From positions 14,942,001-15,006,000 of the forward strand of contig NC_043010.1 in assembly GCF_006345805.1 (NCBI RefSeq): a DNA stretch of 64,000 nucleotides, written 5' to 3'. Every line of letters begins with the position of its first letter. Position 1 is the stretch's first letter. This document shows positions 37,375 to 50,163 of this stretch, one piece after another. A program made the translations under genes and the position numbers. This DNA comes from Octopus sinensis. Taxonomy: Eukaryota. Under the pieces are notes generated by a model, which saw only the letters and a program-made list of their open reading frames with translations, was not told where the DNA came from and did not search any database.

Positions 37375-37730
37375 CATACTCTTATTATATAGCCCAACGT
37401 CTCATATCGCTGTTATCATAGCTTGTATACGCTGTCATACGGGCAAGAGAAAGGAAAGGATTTCTATTTGCTTGAGTTGAAATGATGAACCGACAACTCA
37501 CAACTAGAAACCGGCTCCCAAGCCGAATCCTGAAGAATCGATATTAGCTAAGGCATTGTGTACTGACCTTCCAGTCATATTATGTAATCCATCACTTTAA
37601 TCTGATCGCAAACTGCCATATGTTATTTCGGACGCCATATTGAATGCATCATTTGTCCAATGACCATCTGATATATTCGTCAGTTTGACGTGAACCGCCT
37701 TGGGGAAATTTCTTCTGTTTTCTTTACATG
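37375..37730. repeat. Dispersed direct repeat (family G), copy 2
   Basis: Homologous to 30690-31055. Confidence 0.85.
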
Positions 37731-38022
37731 CGTGTGTTTGACGTGCGTTTTCGCGCCATATGTATACGATGAACGTATTTCTGTGCGACAGATTGTTTAG
37801 ATGTATTTGTTTGTGTGCATTTGTATATGTGTTTCCCCCTCTGTGTATGTTTGTTCAGGGGTTGCGCTCGAGAGACAGCTTAGGTGAGCATGTTTAGGTA
37901 TATGTTGTGCGTGTGAGGGATTGTGTCTGTGGTGGTGTTGGAGATTTTTAATATATATATATATATATATATCACATACATATATATATGTAAATATATA
38001 TATATATATGTATATATAATAT

Positions 38023-38057
<35 letters not shown>

Positions 38058-38092
38058 TATATATATATATATATATATGATATATATATATA

Positions 38093-38157
<65 letters not shown>

Positions 38158-38374
38158 GGTGAATGTACCCGTTTCTCTACTTTAATATCCGTGTGTATGT
38201 GCATTTGTGTGCGTGTATTCGTGCGTATGTGTCTTTAGAGTGTGCATTGAGTCTGTGCAAGAGAGAATAAATATATGCATGTATATACATATATATATAC
38301 ACACACATGTCAATGTGTGTAGGTTTCTATAAATTATTACATTTGTGTACGTGCGTGCACGTGCGTGCACGTGC

Positions 38375-38430
<56 letters not shown>

Positions 38431-38954
38431 GTGTGTGTGTCTATGCGTATCTGTACAATCACATGTCAATTCCAACCGGGTTTCCTAATCATATTACTGA
38501 CCATTTCATCACATGCAGAACTATACACATGGGAACAGCGCAGAACTAATGTTCACATCTAAACAATCATTCCTACACACATGGGACATGAAGACAAACG
38601 CAGCATAAGTAAACACTCGTACACATCTACGCACCCTCAGGGCCATATCTACACACACACAACACACACAGACACACTTTCTCTCTCTCTCTCTCTCTTC
38701 TATAAAACACTCGTGTATTCTGCCCACAAACACAACTCAAATTCTTTGTACACACAAAAACACAGAGACAAACACATCTAAACACATAAAGCAAGACACA
38801 CACGCGCACACACACACATACACACACATAAACTCCCCCCTCTCTCTCTCTTCTACACTACACACATGTATTCAGCACACAAATACACTCACAAATTCTT
38901 TGTATACACTAAAACACACAGACAAGCTCATCTTAACACATACAACAAGACACA

Positions 38955-39184
38955 AGGCGGCGAGCTGGCAGAACCGGTAGCACGCCGGGCGAAAAGCGTA
39001 GCCGTATTTCGTCTGTCTTTACGTTCTGAGTTCAAATTCCACCGAGGTCGACTTTGCCTTTCATCCTTTCGGGGTCGATAAATTAAGTACCAGTTACACA
39101 CTGGGGTCGATATAATCGACTTAATCCGTTTGTCTGTCCTTGTTTGCCCCCTCTATGTTTAGCCCCTTGTGGGTAGTAAAGAAA
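38955..39184 (+). mobile_element. SINE family C with 15-bp TSD
   Basis: ATACAACAAGACACA at 38940-38954 and 39188-39202. Confidence 0.92.
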
Positions 39185-39695
39185 CATATACAACAAGACA
39201 CACACACACACATACACACACAAGTGCACTCAACACACTCACACACACATACAGGCACACACATCTAAGCAGCGTTTTATGAACATACGCATACACATAC
39301 ACGTGCGCGCAGAGTCCGTCACTTAAACGATCAACACCCTTGCAACACATGGAAAATTGCTGTCGAACACAAACGTAAATTCTAGATACATGCAGATGCA
39401 CATAAACACACTTGTGATAGCGTCAGGAGATCTGTGTATAGTTGTGTATGCATAGGAATGAATGTGTATGTATGTGTGCGTGAGGTTATATACATATATG
39501 TGTGCTGTTTATGTGAGTTTGAGTTTGTACATTTGTGTTATGGGTATCTGTGTTTATGTCTTATGTGTGTGAATCTAATTGTTTTGATGCAAAAATTAGC
39601 TTTGTGTGTGGAGGAATGGTGAATACTTGTGAATATGGAGAGGTACGGTGGATATATTAAAGACTTATTTCTAGCAGGTGGATGCTTGTTTAAGC

Positions 39696-40105
39696 GGATC
39701 TTTTCAGTTTGAACGGCAATTTTTCTAGTAGTGTCATATGAAATTGTCACCCATAATTATGACCCAAGTATCGATCTATTGCATTTCAATCTGTTTTAGG
39801 GTTAGGGGTGGGCGGAAGAGTATCTTTTTTTCTTCACAAATGTAAATAAACCCAATCTGTTCCTTAAACGAGGGACATATTCATACGGCACAGAATGTTG
39901 TTTACCTCAATGGACGTCATTGATTGGTTGAAATTGCAGAAATTGAAGAAACAAAACAACAAATATTTTACAAACCATAGAATTTTCTCAATAAAGACAA
40001 GAGAAAAGGATGTTTTATAAACACATTCTATCAGTATACGAAGTTTCAAATTGTTTAGTTACGTGGAAATTAGGTTAAAAACTGCCGTTCAAATCGAAAA
40101 GATCC
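39696..40105 (+). mobile_element. MITE, GGATC family, copy 4, 8-bp TSD
   Basis: GTTTAAGC at 39688-39695 and 40106-40113. Confidence 0.93.
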
Positions 40106-40296
40106 GTTTAAGCTTCCTAACGCTTCGTACAAATTTATAATTCATAGCTAATTAATGCTATTGCGCCTGCGATCCACCTATGTCTCTGCTGGTGATATGA
40201 GCAAATTTAAAACTTATCCACAGATGATATGAACAGTAGTGACATCTGATTTCAAATTTCAGTGTTTGAATGTTTTGCTTATATATATATACATGC

Positions 40297-40356
<60 letters not shown>

Positions 40357-40488
40357 TATAGATATATATATATAAAGTTCTGCAAATTATATTTGGGAGT
40401 ATCTTTCAAACGTCTTCATTTGGCGCGCTGAGGCAGGAAAGATGCTAAGCCACTGATTTTAATTGATTAATATCAATTTCTTCCCTCA

Positions 40489-40571
<83 letters not shown>

Positions 40572-40574
40572 TGT

Positions 40575-40790
40575 ATAACTCTGTACCGCGTGTGTACCGT
40601 TGGCAAATTTTTCCCTCTGTCTTCCCTTCTCTGGATCTTTCCTTCTCCTATGTTTCCAACGAAGAGCTCCGCTCGAAATGTTGAACCCTCCTCCTTTCCT
40701 TCTTTCCTGAGCGTCCAATAATACTATATTTGTTCCAGGTCCTCGCGTTGTTGTGTTTTTTTGTGCTTTCTTGTTTGGATTAACTTTATA
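40575..40790 (+). mobile_element. (TA)n-flanked pLTR-like fragment with a decayed hammerhead motif
   Basis: GTTT-CCAACGA-A-GAGC-tcc-GCTC-GAAA-TG-TT-GAAC at 40652-40686. Confidence 0.5.
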
Positions 40791-40895
40791 TATATATATA
40801 TATATTTATAACTCTGTGTATCTATGTTTGTATATATGTTTTTATGTGTATACGTAAGTATGTATATATGCGTGTATGTACATATATATATATGT

Positions 40896-40947
<52 letters not shown>

Positions 40948-41867
40948 ATGTGTCTGCCTCTATATACATATATAATTACATATACATTCACTCTATTCCA
41001 TATATTATAAGCATTTATCCAATAATTTTGTAATTTTATATGTACCTTTACATGTATCTATTTACTCGTAAATCACAATAATAATTATTTTTAAGATATT
41101 TACGCGAATTGAACCTATATAACGTGTATTTATTATTCTCATAGCGATCATATATAGCCATAGCCTATCCTTCTCACATAATATTCAGCAGGAACATTGC
41201 TCTTGACATAACTTTTTATATATACAAGATATTCCTTTTGTATAGCATTATCCTACCCGTTTAATACCTTTATCAATAAGCTCTCTTTCTTTTATTTCTA
41301 AAATTCACTTCTCTCATTTCATCCCATACTTGACCTTTATTATTATTTTTTCTTCTTATTTATCTCTCCTACACAAGTAAAATTTAGTTTCCTTTTCACC
41401 CTCTCTAATTTATTACCATATCGCTTCTATATTTCTCTTCTTACGACATCTCCTAAAACGTTCTCTTATCTCTTTTCTTAACAATAGACTCCGAAAGTAT
41501 AATACAAATTTAATCGTTATATTTCCATTTGTATTACCATTTTTCCTCATTTTCTCCTTTATTGAACTTCCATGTCCATGTTACCTTAATACGGATCTTA
41601 ACAAGATCAGTATAACAAGAATCCTTAATCCATTTCCACTTCATTCTTCTAATTCCTCCCCTCCCCTATACTTTCATAAATGACTTCATTTGCTTTCTAG
41701 TATAAGCTTCACAAGCATCATTTTTTACGCTAAACTTTCTTCGTCTAATTATGATTTTTTACAAAAAAGAATAACAAGTATTGTTTTTAACGGTTAGATT
41801 TGAATTACATTAGGTAACGTTTTCTCAATGGACATTTCTCTAACTTACTCGCCCTATGTTGCATATA

Positions 41868-42280
41868 CTCTTTTATTCTTTTACTTGTTTCAGTCATTTG
41901 ACTGCGGCCATGCTGGAGCACCGCCTTTAGTCGATCAAATCGACCCCGGGACTTATTCTTTGTAAGCCCAGTACTTATTCTATCGGTCCATTTTGCCGAA
42001 CCGCCAAGTGACGGGGACGTAAACACACCAGCATCGGTTGTCAAGCAATGCTAGGGGGACAAATACAGACACACAAACTCCCCACACACACACATATACA
42101 TATATGTACATATATACGACAGGCTTCTTTCAGTTTCCGTCTACCAAATCCACTCACAAGGCTTTGGTCGGCCCGGAGCTATAGCAGAAGACACTTGCCC
42201 AAGATGCCACGCAGTGGGACTGAACCCGGAACCATGTGGTTGGTTAGCAAGCTACTTACCACACAGCCACTCCTGCGCCT
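41868..42280 (-). mobile_element. SINE family B, full length
   Basis: Reverse-complement match from head to tail. Confidence 0.92.
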
Positions 42281-42503
42281 ATATATGGAGAATTAATTAG
42301 CAAATCTGTACCAATTTATACAGAGAGTGTTCTCGATATCTTTATATTTATATCATCCCCTAAACGTTCATCCGTTAGTTTTGGTTTGATAATTGACACG
42401 ACTCCGATCACTATCGCACACACATAGGAAAAGATAAACATGAAACTCATAGCTGTAACTTCTCTGCTCTTTTTTAAAGTTACTGTTATTATTATTTTTT
42501 CTC

Positions 42504-42577
42504 TGCACTGATGAGTACCATGATAATTTACAAATTCATATATGAATTTATGTCTATGTACGAAACAATTGTATGCA
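42504..42577 (+). ncRNA. Type-I hammerhead ribozyme with intact canonical core
   Basis: TGCA-CTGATGA-GTAC-[39 nt including AAATTCATA/TATGAATTT hairpin]-GTAC-GAAA-CAATTG-TA-TGCA; predicted GUA cleavage after 42573. Confidence 0.82.
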
Positions 42578-42884
42578 TGAACAAACTTCTTCCAACATTT
42601 TAACATCTTACCTCCTCCACTTTTGACAAATATGATTGGAGTTCTAGAACTTCATCCCATAAATTAATTATACACTTAATATTCTAATACGACATTTCAT
42701 ATCATCGCCAATTTACACCAGCTAATTCTCAACTAAGTATAAAGAATCAACGTTAGAAATCTTTTTGGAAACCACTCCAATTAAAGGACGAAACCACATT
42801 CAATGTGTTACACACGTATATGCGTGCATATGTATGCGTATATACATACATATATTTATATACATATATATATGTGTGCGTGTG

Positions 42885-42963
<79 letters not shown>

Positions 42964-43066
42964 TTATAATGAGGGTGAAAAATTAGATATTAATTTGATA
43001 ACATCAATTTTAACACCAGTGGTCTAGCATATAAAAAAACCGAGGTTCAGTAAATAGTATTACATA

Positions 43067-43856
43067 CATAGAAGAGGGAATTTACCACAATGTAGAAACC
43101 ATTATGCTAGAAGAAGATCCGCTATAGTCTTACCACTAAGAATTGTTCTCTAGAAAATTTAGCAAACACCAGAAACGTAAGTAAGCAAGACAAGTGAAAA
43201 GTAACAAAAATATAGATTAATCACAATTAGGAGCGGCTGTGTGGTAAGTAGCTTGTTTACAACCACAAGGTTCGGGTTCAGTCCCACTGCGTGGCACCTT
43301 GGGCAAGTGTCTTCTACTATAGCCTCGGGCCGACCAAAGCCTTGTGAGTGGATTTGGTAGACGGAAACTGAAAGAAGCCCGTCGTATATATGTATATATA
43401 TATGCATGTGCGTGTGTCTGTGTTTGTCCCCCTAGCATTGCTTGACAACCGATGCTGGTGTGTTTATGTCCCCGTTACTTAGCAATTCGGCAAAAGAGAC
43501 CGATAGATTAAGTACTGGGCTTACAAAAGAATAAGTCCCGGGGTCGAGTTGCTCGATTAAAGGCGGTGCTCCAGCATGGCCGCAGTCAAAATGACTGAAA
43601 CAAGTAAAAAGAGAAAAAGAGAAAACGTTTCACTATCAACAAATTACTTAATTTTACTTACATCATTTATCTGTAATTTGTTGATAGTGAAACATATATT
43701 TATGATTAATCTATATTTTTGTTACTTTTCACTTGTCTTGCTCGCTTACGTTTCTGGTGTTTAAATTTTGTAGAGGACAATTCTTAGTGGTAAGACCATA
43801 GCGGATCTTCTTCTAGCGCAAGGGTTTCCACATTGTTGTAAATTCCCTTTTATATG
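43067..43856. repeat. Diverged fold-back palindrome with a later SINE insertion in its left arm
   Basis: 43067-43223 is the reverse complement of 43703-43856 (roughly 88%); inner 21-bp hairpin GTTTCACTATCAACAAATTAC / GTAATTTGTTGATAGTGAAAC at about 43627-43693. Confidence 0.85.
43229..43623 (+). mobile_element. SINE family B
   Basis: Head-to-tail match; lies inside the palindrome. Confidence 0.92.
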
Positions 43857-43931
43857 ACCAATACAAGAAATCTACCAGGTCAGTGTCAACCTTTACTAAC
43901 GTCCCATTAATGATTGGCTCTTTCTGTTTTA

Positions 43932-44149
43932 TCTTTTACATGTTTCAGTCATTTGACTGCAGACATGCTGGAGCACCGCCTTTAGTCGAGCAAATCGGCC
44001 CCAGAAATTTTTTTTTTGAAAGACTAGTACTTATTCTATCGATCCCTTTTTCCGAACCGCTAAGTTACGGGGACGTAAACACACCAGGTTGTCAAGCGAT
44101 GTTGGGGGACAAACACAGACACACAAACATACACATACACACACACACG

Positions 44150-44203
<54 letters not shown>

Positions 44204-44370
44204 CATATATACGACGGGCTTCTTTCAGTTTCCGTCAACTAAATCTACTCACAAAGCTTTGGTTGGGCCGTGGCTATAGTAGAAGATAGTTGCCCAAGGT
44301 GCCACGCAGTGGAACTGAGCCCGGAAACATGTGGTTGGTAAGCAAGCGACTTACCACACAGCCACTCCTG
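43932..44370 (-). mobile_element. SINE family B
   Basis: Reverse-complement match. Confidence 0.9.
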
Positions 44371-44584
44371 TTCATTCTTTATCCACATAATTCAATTTTT
44401 TTGCCTCTTATACTGAACAATGTAAGCACCTGCAAAGTAAGCTCGTTAACAGTCAGTACACATCTCTAGGATAAATAGAAATATAAAGTAATTTAATAAG
44501 CAAATGTACCTTCTACCCAAAAGAGAAGGCCCTGATGCGAATGTGTAAACGAGGCCAACCTGCTTTGGTGAAAATCAGTAATAC

Positions 44585-44957
44585 TCTTTTACGCTTTTAC
44601 TCGTTTCAGTCATTTCACTGTGGTCATGCTGGAGCACCGCCTTTAGTCGAGAAAATCGTCGACCCAGGACTTATTCTTTGTAAGCCTAGTACTTATTCTA
44701 TCGGTTCCTTTTGCCGAACTGCTAAGTGACGGGGACGTAAACACACCAGCATCGGTTGTCAAGCGATGTTGGGGGACAAACACAGACACACAAACGTATA
44801 CACACACACACATATACATATATACGACGGGCTTCTTTTAATTTCCGTCTACCAAATCCACTCACAAGGCTTTGGTCGGCCCGAGGCTCCAGTAGAATAA
44901 CCCGGAACCATGTGGTTCGTAAGCAAGCTACTTACCACACAGCCACTCGTACGCCTA
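44585..44957 (-). mobile_element. SINE family B with partial CORE deletion
   Basis: Reverse-complement match. Confidence 0.88.
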
Positions 44958-44969
44958 TAGCTACTTACC

Positions 44970-45386
44970 TATTTCTTTATTACCCACAAGGGGCTAAACA
45001 TAGAGGGGACAAACAAGGACAGACATAGGTATTAAGTCGATTACATCGACCTCAGTGCGCAACTGGTACTTAATTTATCGACCCTCGAAAGGATGAAAGG
45101 CAAAGTCGACCTCGGCGGATTTTCGAACTCACAACTTAACGACAGACGAAATACCTATTTCTTTACTACCCACGAGGGGCTAAACACAGAGGACAAACAA
45201 GGACAGACAAACGGATTAAGTCGATTATATCGACCCCAGTACGTAACTGGTACTTAATTTATCGACCCCGAAAGGATGAAAAGCAAAGTCAACCTCGGCG
45301 GAATTTGAACTCAGAACGTAACGGCAGACGAAATACCGTTAAGCATTTCGCCCGGCGTGCTAACGTTTCTGCCACTTCGCCGCCTT
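44970..45386 (-). mobile_element. SINE family C dimer inserted in a family B head
   Basis: Dimer junction at about 45155; TSD GCCTATAGCTACT(T/C)ACC at 44953-44969 and 45399-45415. Confidence 0.88.
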
Positions 45387-46269
45387 GACTGTTATCGAGC
45401 CTATAGCTACTCACCACACAGCCACTCCTACGCCTATGGAACAATAAGGAACAATGAGTACACGTGAGTTCGCGAAACTGCCCACATATTGATGAATAGC
45501 TTAAACTCTATGATTATTGAACGAGACTAGCCACTGTACTTATTTCTTTCCAAAAGTTTGGAATAATAACAGTAGCAACAATATTAATAATGTTGACAAG
45601 AGACTATGGAACGCTTACTAATTGTTCCTAAAATCAATCACGATCAAATATTTTTGTATGGGGACTAGAGAAATATGCCAATGCTATTATAAACGGAAGC
45701 AAATAAATTGAAATTGGAAATATGAACTTAGATACAAACAGGAAACGAAGTGAATTTAAACAGTACTACAAATACCAATACATAGAAGTAGATTAAATTG
45801 ATAATATACAACATACAGTCTGTCAGACGAATATTAAAAACTTAAAGCTAGACATCTACAGAAGTGACAAAGCAATATTCGAAACTTAACCCAATACTGG
45901 AAAGTAGATAATAGGTAATGCTATGAAGTTTTATATATCACTTATGATATAGAGCTTCAATATAATAAATTGGATGTCAAGTAAATAGGAGAGCTTAGGC
46001 AGGAGCCACCAGAAAATGATTAACAGGGTTACGAAACTACTGCAATCGAAACAGAATTCTGAAATACATAAAAGAAAAGAATGGGGAGAAAATCTACGCC
46101 GCCACACTTCTGTGTTATAATAGAGAGCATATCCCTCCTCCCCCCCTCGCACACGGGGAGATCGGGGTCTGATACAAAAATAGAAAAATGCTATTAGGAA
46201 ATAAACTATGAGACAACAAAAAGACTTAGAAGTAATGAAACTGGGAAATGTAATAAGGAAACTTGAAAG

Positions 46270-46284
46270 GAACAAATGATGATG

Positions 46285-46319
<35 letters not shown>

Positions 46320-46795
46320 TATAATAATAATAACAATAATATAATAACAATATAATAATAATAATAATAATAACAATATAATAATAATAATACTAATAAT
46401 ATAATATAACACTATAATCCTAATAATAACAATAATAACCATAATAATAATAACAATAATAATAATAATAATAATAACAATAATAATAATAACATACTAA
46501 TAATAACAATAATATAATAATAATAAAATACAATCATAATCATCATAATAACAAAATAATAACAATGAATAATACGAACAATAATAATAATAATACATAA
46601 TAATAATAATATAATAATAATAATAATAATATAGTAATAATAATAACATAAAAATAATAATAATAATATAATAATAAAAATTAAATAATAATACAATAAT
46701 AATAAGATGATAATAAATAATAATAATAATTAATACACAATAATAATATAATAATAATAATAATAATATAATAATAATAATAATAATAATAATTT
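46270..46795. repeat. Degenerate (AAT)n array
   Basis: Direct reading. Confidence 0.95.
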
Positions 46796-47450
46796 TTTTT
46801 CTTTGTATAAGCAAACAATGAAACACAAACTGTGAACTACCTATATCGGGGGAAAAGGATTCAGATAAGAATAAATGACGAGTAAGTGTCAGTGAATATA
46901 AAACAATATCAAAACGGAATTCTGAAATATAGAAAAGAAGATGGAAAGAGAATCAACGCCATGACCGATGGCATGCAGGTCTTGACAGAAAGAAAGTAAT
47001 TTACTGTTAAAGCTAATGGCAGTTCACAATCCCTAGGATAAGAGTAGAAACAGGCGTAACAATACTTAGTCAGAAATAACTACAAAAGAATAATAAAATA
47101 AGGCGTTTCTGATGCTGATGGTACAACAGTCACAATGTGATAGCTGCTAACGTAATTTCAATTTGCACCGTTCTTGTCAAATCCAAGTATTTTCAGTGAT
47201 ACGAACGAGTTTATAATTAAGAAGTAGTAAAAAATATGTACCATAGTATATATCGCAACATGAACACAGCATCTGCGACATGTCTGTCTTGACTGATAAG
47301 GTAGTAAAGACATCGAAGAAAACCGTCCAGGTATGATTACAAAGGATTAGAATGAAATTTTTTTTATCACTGATTGACATTTCGAACCCTTTTGACTAAG
47401 ACTCGCGAAGTAAAAGCATCGGTATCTTGATAAGAATTAGAAAAAAAAAT

Positions 47451-47867
47451 GGCGGCGAGCTGGCAGAAACGTTAGCACGCCGGGCGAAATGCTGGGCGGT
47501 ATTTCGTCTGCCGTTACGTTCTGAGTTCAAATTCCGCCGAGCTCGACTTTGCCTTTCATCCTTTCGGGGGTCGATAAATTAAGTACCAGTTACGCACTGG
47601 GGCCGATGTAATCGACTTCATCCGTTTGTCTGTCCTTGTTTGTCCTCTCTGTGTTTAGCCCCTTGTGGGTAGTAAAGAAACAGGTATTTCGTCTGCCGTT
47701 ACGTTGTGAGTCCAAATTCTGCCGAGGTCGACTTTGCCTTTCATCCTTTCGGGGGTCGATAAATTAAGTACCAGTTACACACTGGGGTTGATGTAATCGA
47801 CTTAATCCGTTTGTCTGTCCTTGTTTGTCCTCTCTGTGTTTAGCCCCTTGTGTGTAGTAAAGAAATA
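47451..47867 (+). mobile_element. SINE family C dimer with 22-bp TSD
   Basis: TSD GGTATCTTGATAAGAATTAGAA at 47421-47442 and 47868-47889; unit 47498-47682 repeated at 47683-47867. Confidence 0.93.
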
Positions 47868-48569
47868 GGTATCTTGATAAGAATTAGAATGAGCAGGATG
47901 TGTAGCATGAATAAAAATAGCTCCAGCAATTGTTCATTTCCAGGAACAGAATCATCTTGTAAACCATATCAAGGGTCGCAATGTTTCACACAATCTGAGT
48001 CACCTACCAAGCATAGCCCATACACTGCAAAAAAGAAGAAAAGAAATCCTTTACATTCAATAGTACGCTCTAACAAAATTTCTTCACAATACAATAGTAG
48101 TTCGATAAAATAATGTAACTCACACAACTCCTACTCTGCAGAGCCGCCAAAAACAATACATACTCATATGAACGATATCCGAGATTATAACTTCAGTAAG
48201 TCAGTTAACTCGGAGTTGTTAACCATTCAGTACATGGCTTATGCAATAACAGCCCGATAATAAAATGTATAACACAAATCGCACAATCACATCCAACCCC
48301 ATTCAAAATAACTCGACTTAGACTGCATCTATTTTATACCACAGATTAGACGGTAACACTATACAAGAAATAACAAAAGATATTCTGCAACAAAATGAAA
48401 CATATGTAGAAGTATACAAACAGAGAGATGTAAGTGTTCGCCAACTCTGTGTACCTAATGCTAATAGCCGAGAATTAAACTCGTTGAAAGACTTTATATA
48501 AAACCTGACGGAATCAGACAAATGCAGATTACGTGTTGAGGAATTAGACATTGTGATCTGCGGCTTGTG

Positions 48570-49612
48570 TACAAGCACGAAAGCAGCAAAAGGTCATTCT
48601 ATTGTCAAGGAAGCTTGAAAATACGCAAGGGAACTCGGCATTAACCCTGGATTAGATGAAGGACCTGAAACCACTGCCACCAAACAAGCAAACGGATCTA
48701 ACAGACTGCAAAAATGAACGGGCAGAAATATATTGGAGCGGTGGAGCCAGAAGCCTCTGCATGGACAGTATATACCTCGAAGCCGAAATGCTGATGTAAA
48801 CCAAGCAACAACCCATCAATGGTTGAGAAGCTCAGGACTGAAAGCAGAGAATGAAGGTTTCATATTAGCGGCACAAGATCAAAGCTTGCTTACCAAAAAC
48901 TACCAGGTTAACTTTCCTCAAAATGGTTCTGACCCTAAATGCAGATTCTGCGATACATTTGACGAAACAGTTGACCATATTGTCTTGGGATGTACCTGTG
49001 CTGACGCCAAAGGAATACAAAAATTGCCACGATAGTGTCAGAGAGTATTTACATTGGAAAATATGTAAACACTACAAAATTAACACTCCTGAACATCAGC
49101 CTGAGCCAGTCGTTGAGAGTAAAAATTTCACTATTCTCTGGGATTTTCCAGTCAACACCGACATAACGATCCAGGCTAATCGACCAGACATAGTCATTAA
49201 GGACAGGGAAGAAAATTTTTTTAGACTAATAGATGTACGCGTTCCCAATGATAAAAATATAACTGCAAAGGAATTTAAAAATTAACTAAATATAAAGACC
49301 AGGAAACTGAGATACAAAAGATGTGGCATTTTAAAGAGAGAACTGTTCTTGTTATTGTGGGAGGTATGATAAGAAATGGATGTCAGAAACATCTAGATGA
49401 TATCCCAGGAGAACCATGTCTCAGAGAAATTCAAAAGATTGTGCTGAAAAGTACTGGCCACATCCTTAGAAAAACCTTATTATTTCAAATGTCTGTCTTT
49501 TATTAAATGAAGATATTTCGCTACTGACCCTGCCACTTCTCCTCCCCAAGCTTCCAGTCATACTGTAACACCTCTTATCCTTCACTCTCCCTAGGACGCT
49601 AGGTGTATCAAT
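48570..49612 (+). mobile_element. R4/Dong-like non-LTR retrotransposon 3' fragment (CCHC knuckle + restriction-like endonuclease)
   Basis: KPLHGQY, EGFILAAQDQSLLT, CRFCDTFDETVDHIVLGC, TILWDF, NRPDIVIKD, LIDVRVP, QKIVLKSTGHILRK. Confidence 0.92.
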
Positions 49613-50093
49613 AAGGAAGAAAGAAAAGTTGAGAGATATGACAGGTTAGCTTGGGAAGTTAAGCAGTTGCGGTCGCTGAAAAAGGTAACAGTAGTACCAA
49701 TAATTGTCGGAGCCCTGGAAACAGTGAGCAAAAATCTCGAGAAGTACGTGGAACAAATAGGGGCTGCAATAAGGGTGGAGCACTTTCAGAAAAGAGCACT
49801 GCTTGGAACCACTCGAATACTCCGGAAGGTGCTCGAAAAATAAGAGGTGTTATTTTAGTTCTCTTATAGTGAACAGCTGACACTGTAGTACATCTCCAGC
49901 GTTAGAAGCTGTGCAAAGGCAATTATGAGGGGTTGCAATAAGGGTGGAGCACTTGCAGAAAACAGCACTGCTTGGAACCACTCGAATACTCCGGAAGGTG
50001 CTCGAAAAATAAGAGTTGTTACTTTAGTTCACTTGTAGTGAACAGCTGACACTGTAGTACATCTCCAGCGTTCGAAGTTGTGCAAAGGCAATT

Positions 50094-50097
<4 letters not shown>
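49613..50097 (+). mobile_element. Second R4/Dong-like family 3' end, with a 169-bp tandem duplication, ending in (TAA)n
   Basis: KEERKVERYDRLAWEVKQL..VTVVPIIVGALETVSKNLEKY..FQKRALLGTTRILRKVLEK*; 49759-49927 repeated at 49928-50096. Confidence 0.88.
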
Positions 50098-50155
<58 letters not shown>

Positions 50156-50163
50156 GTAATAAT

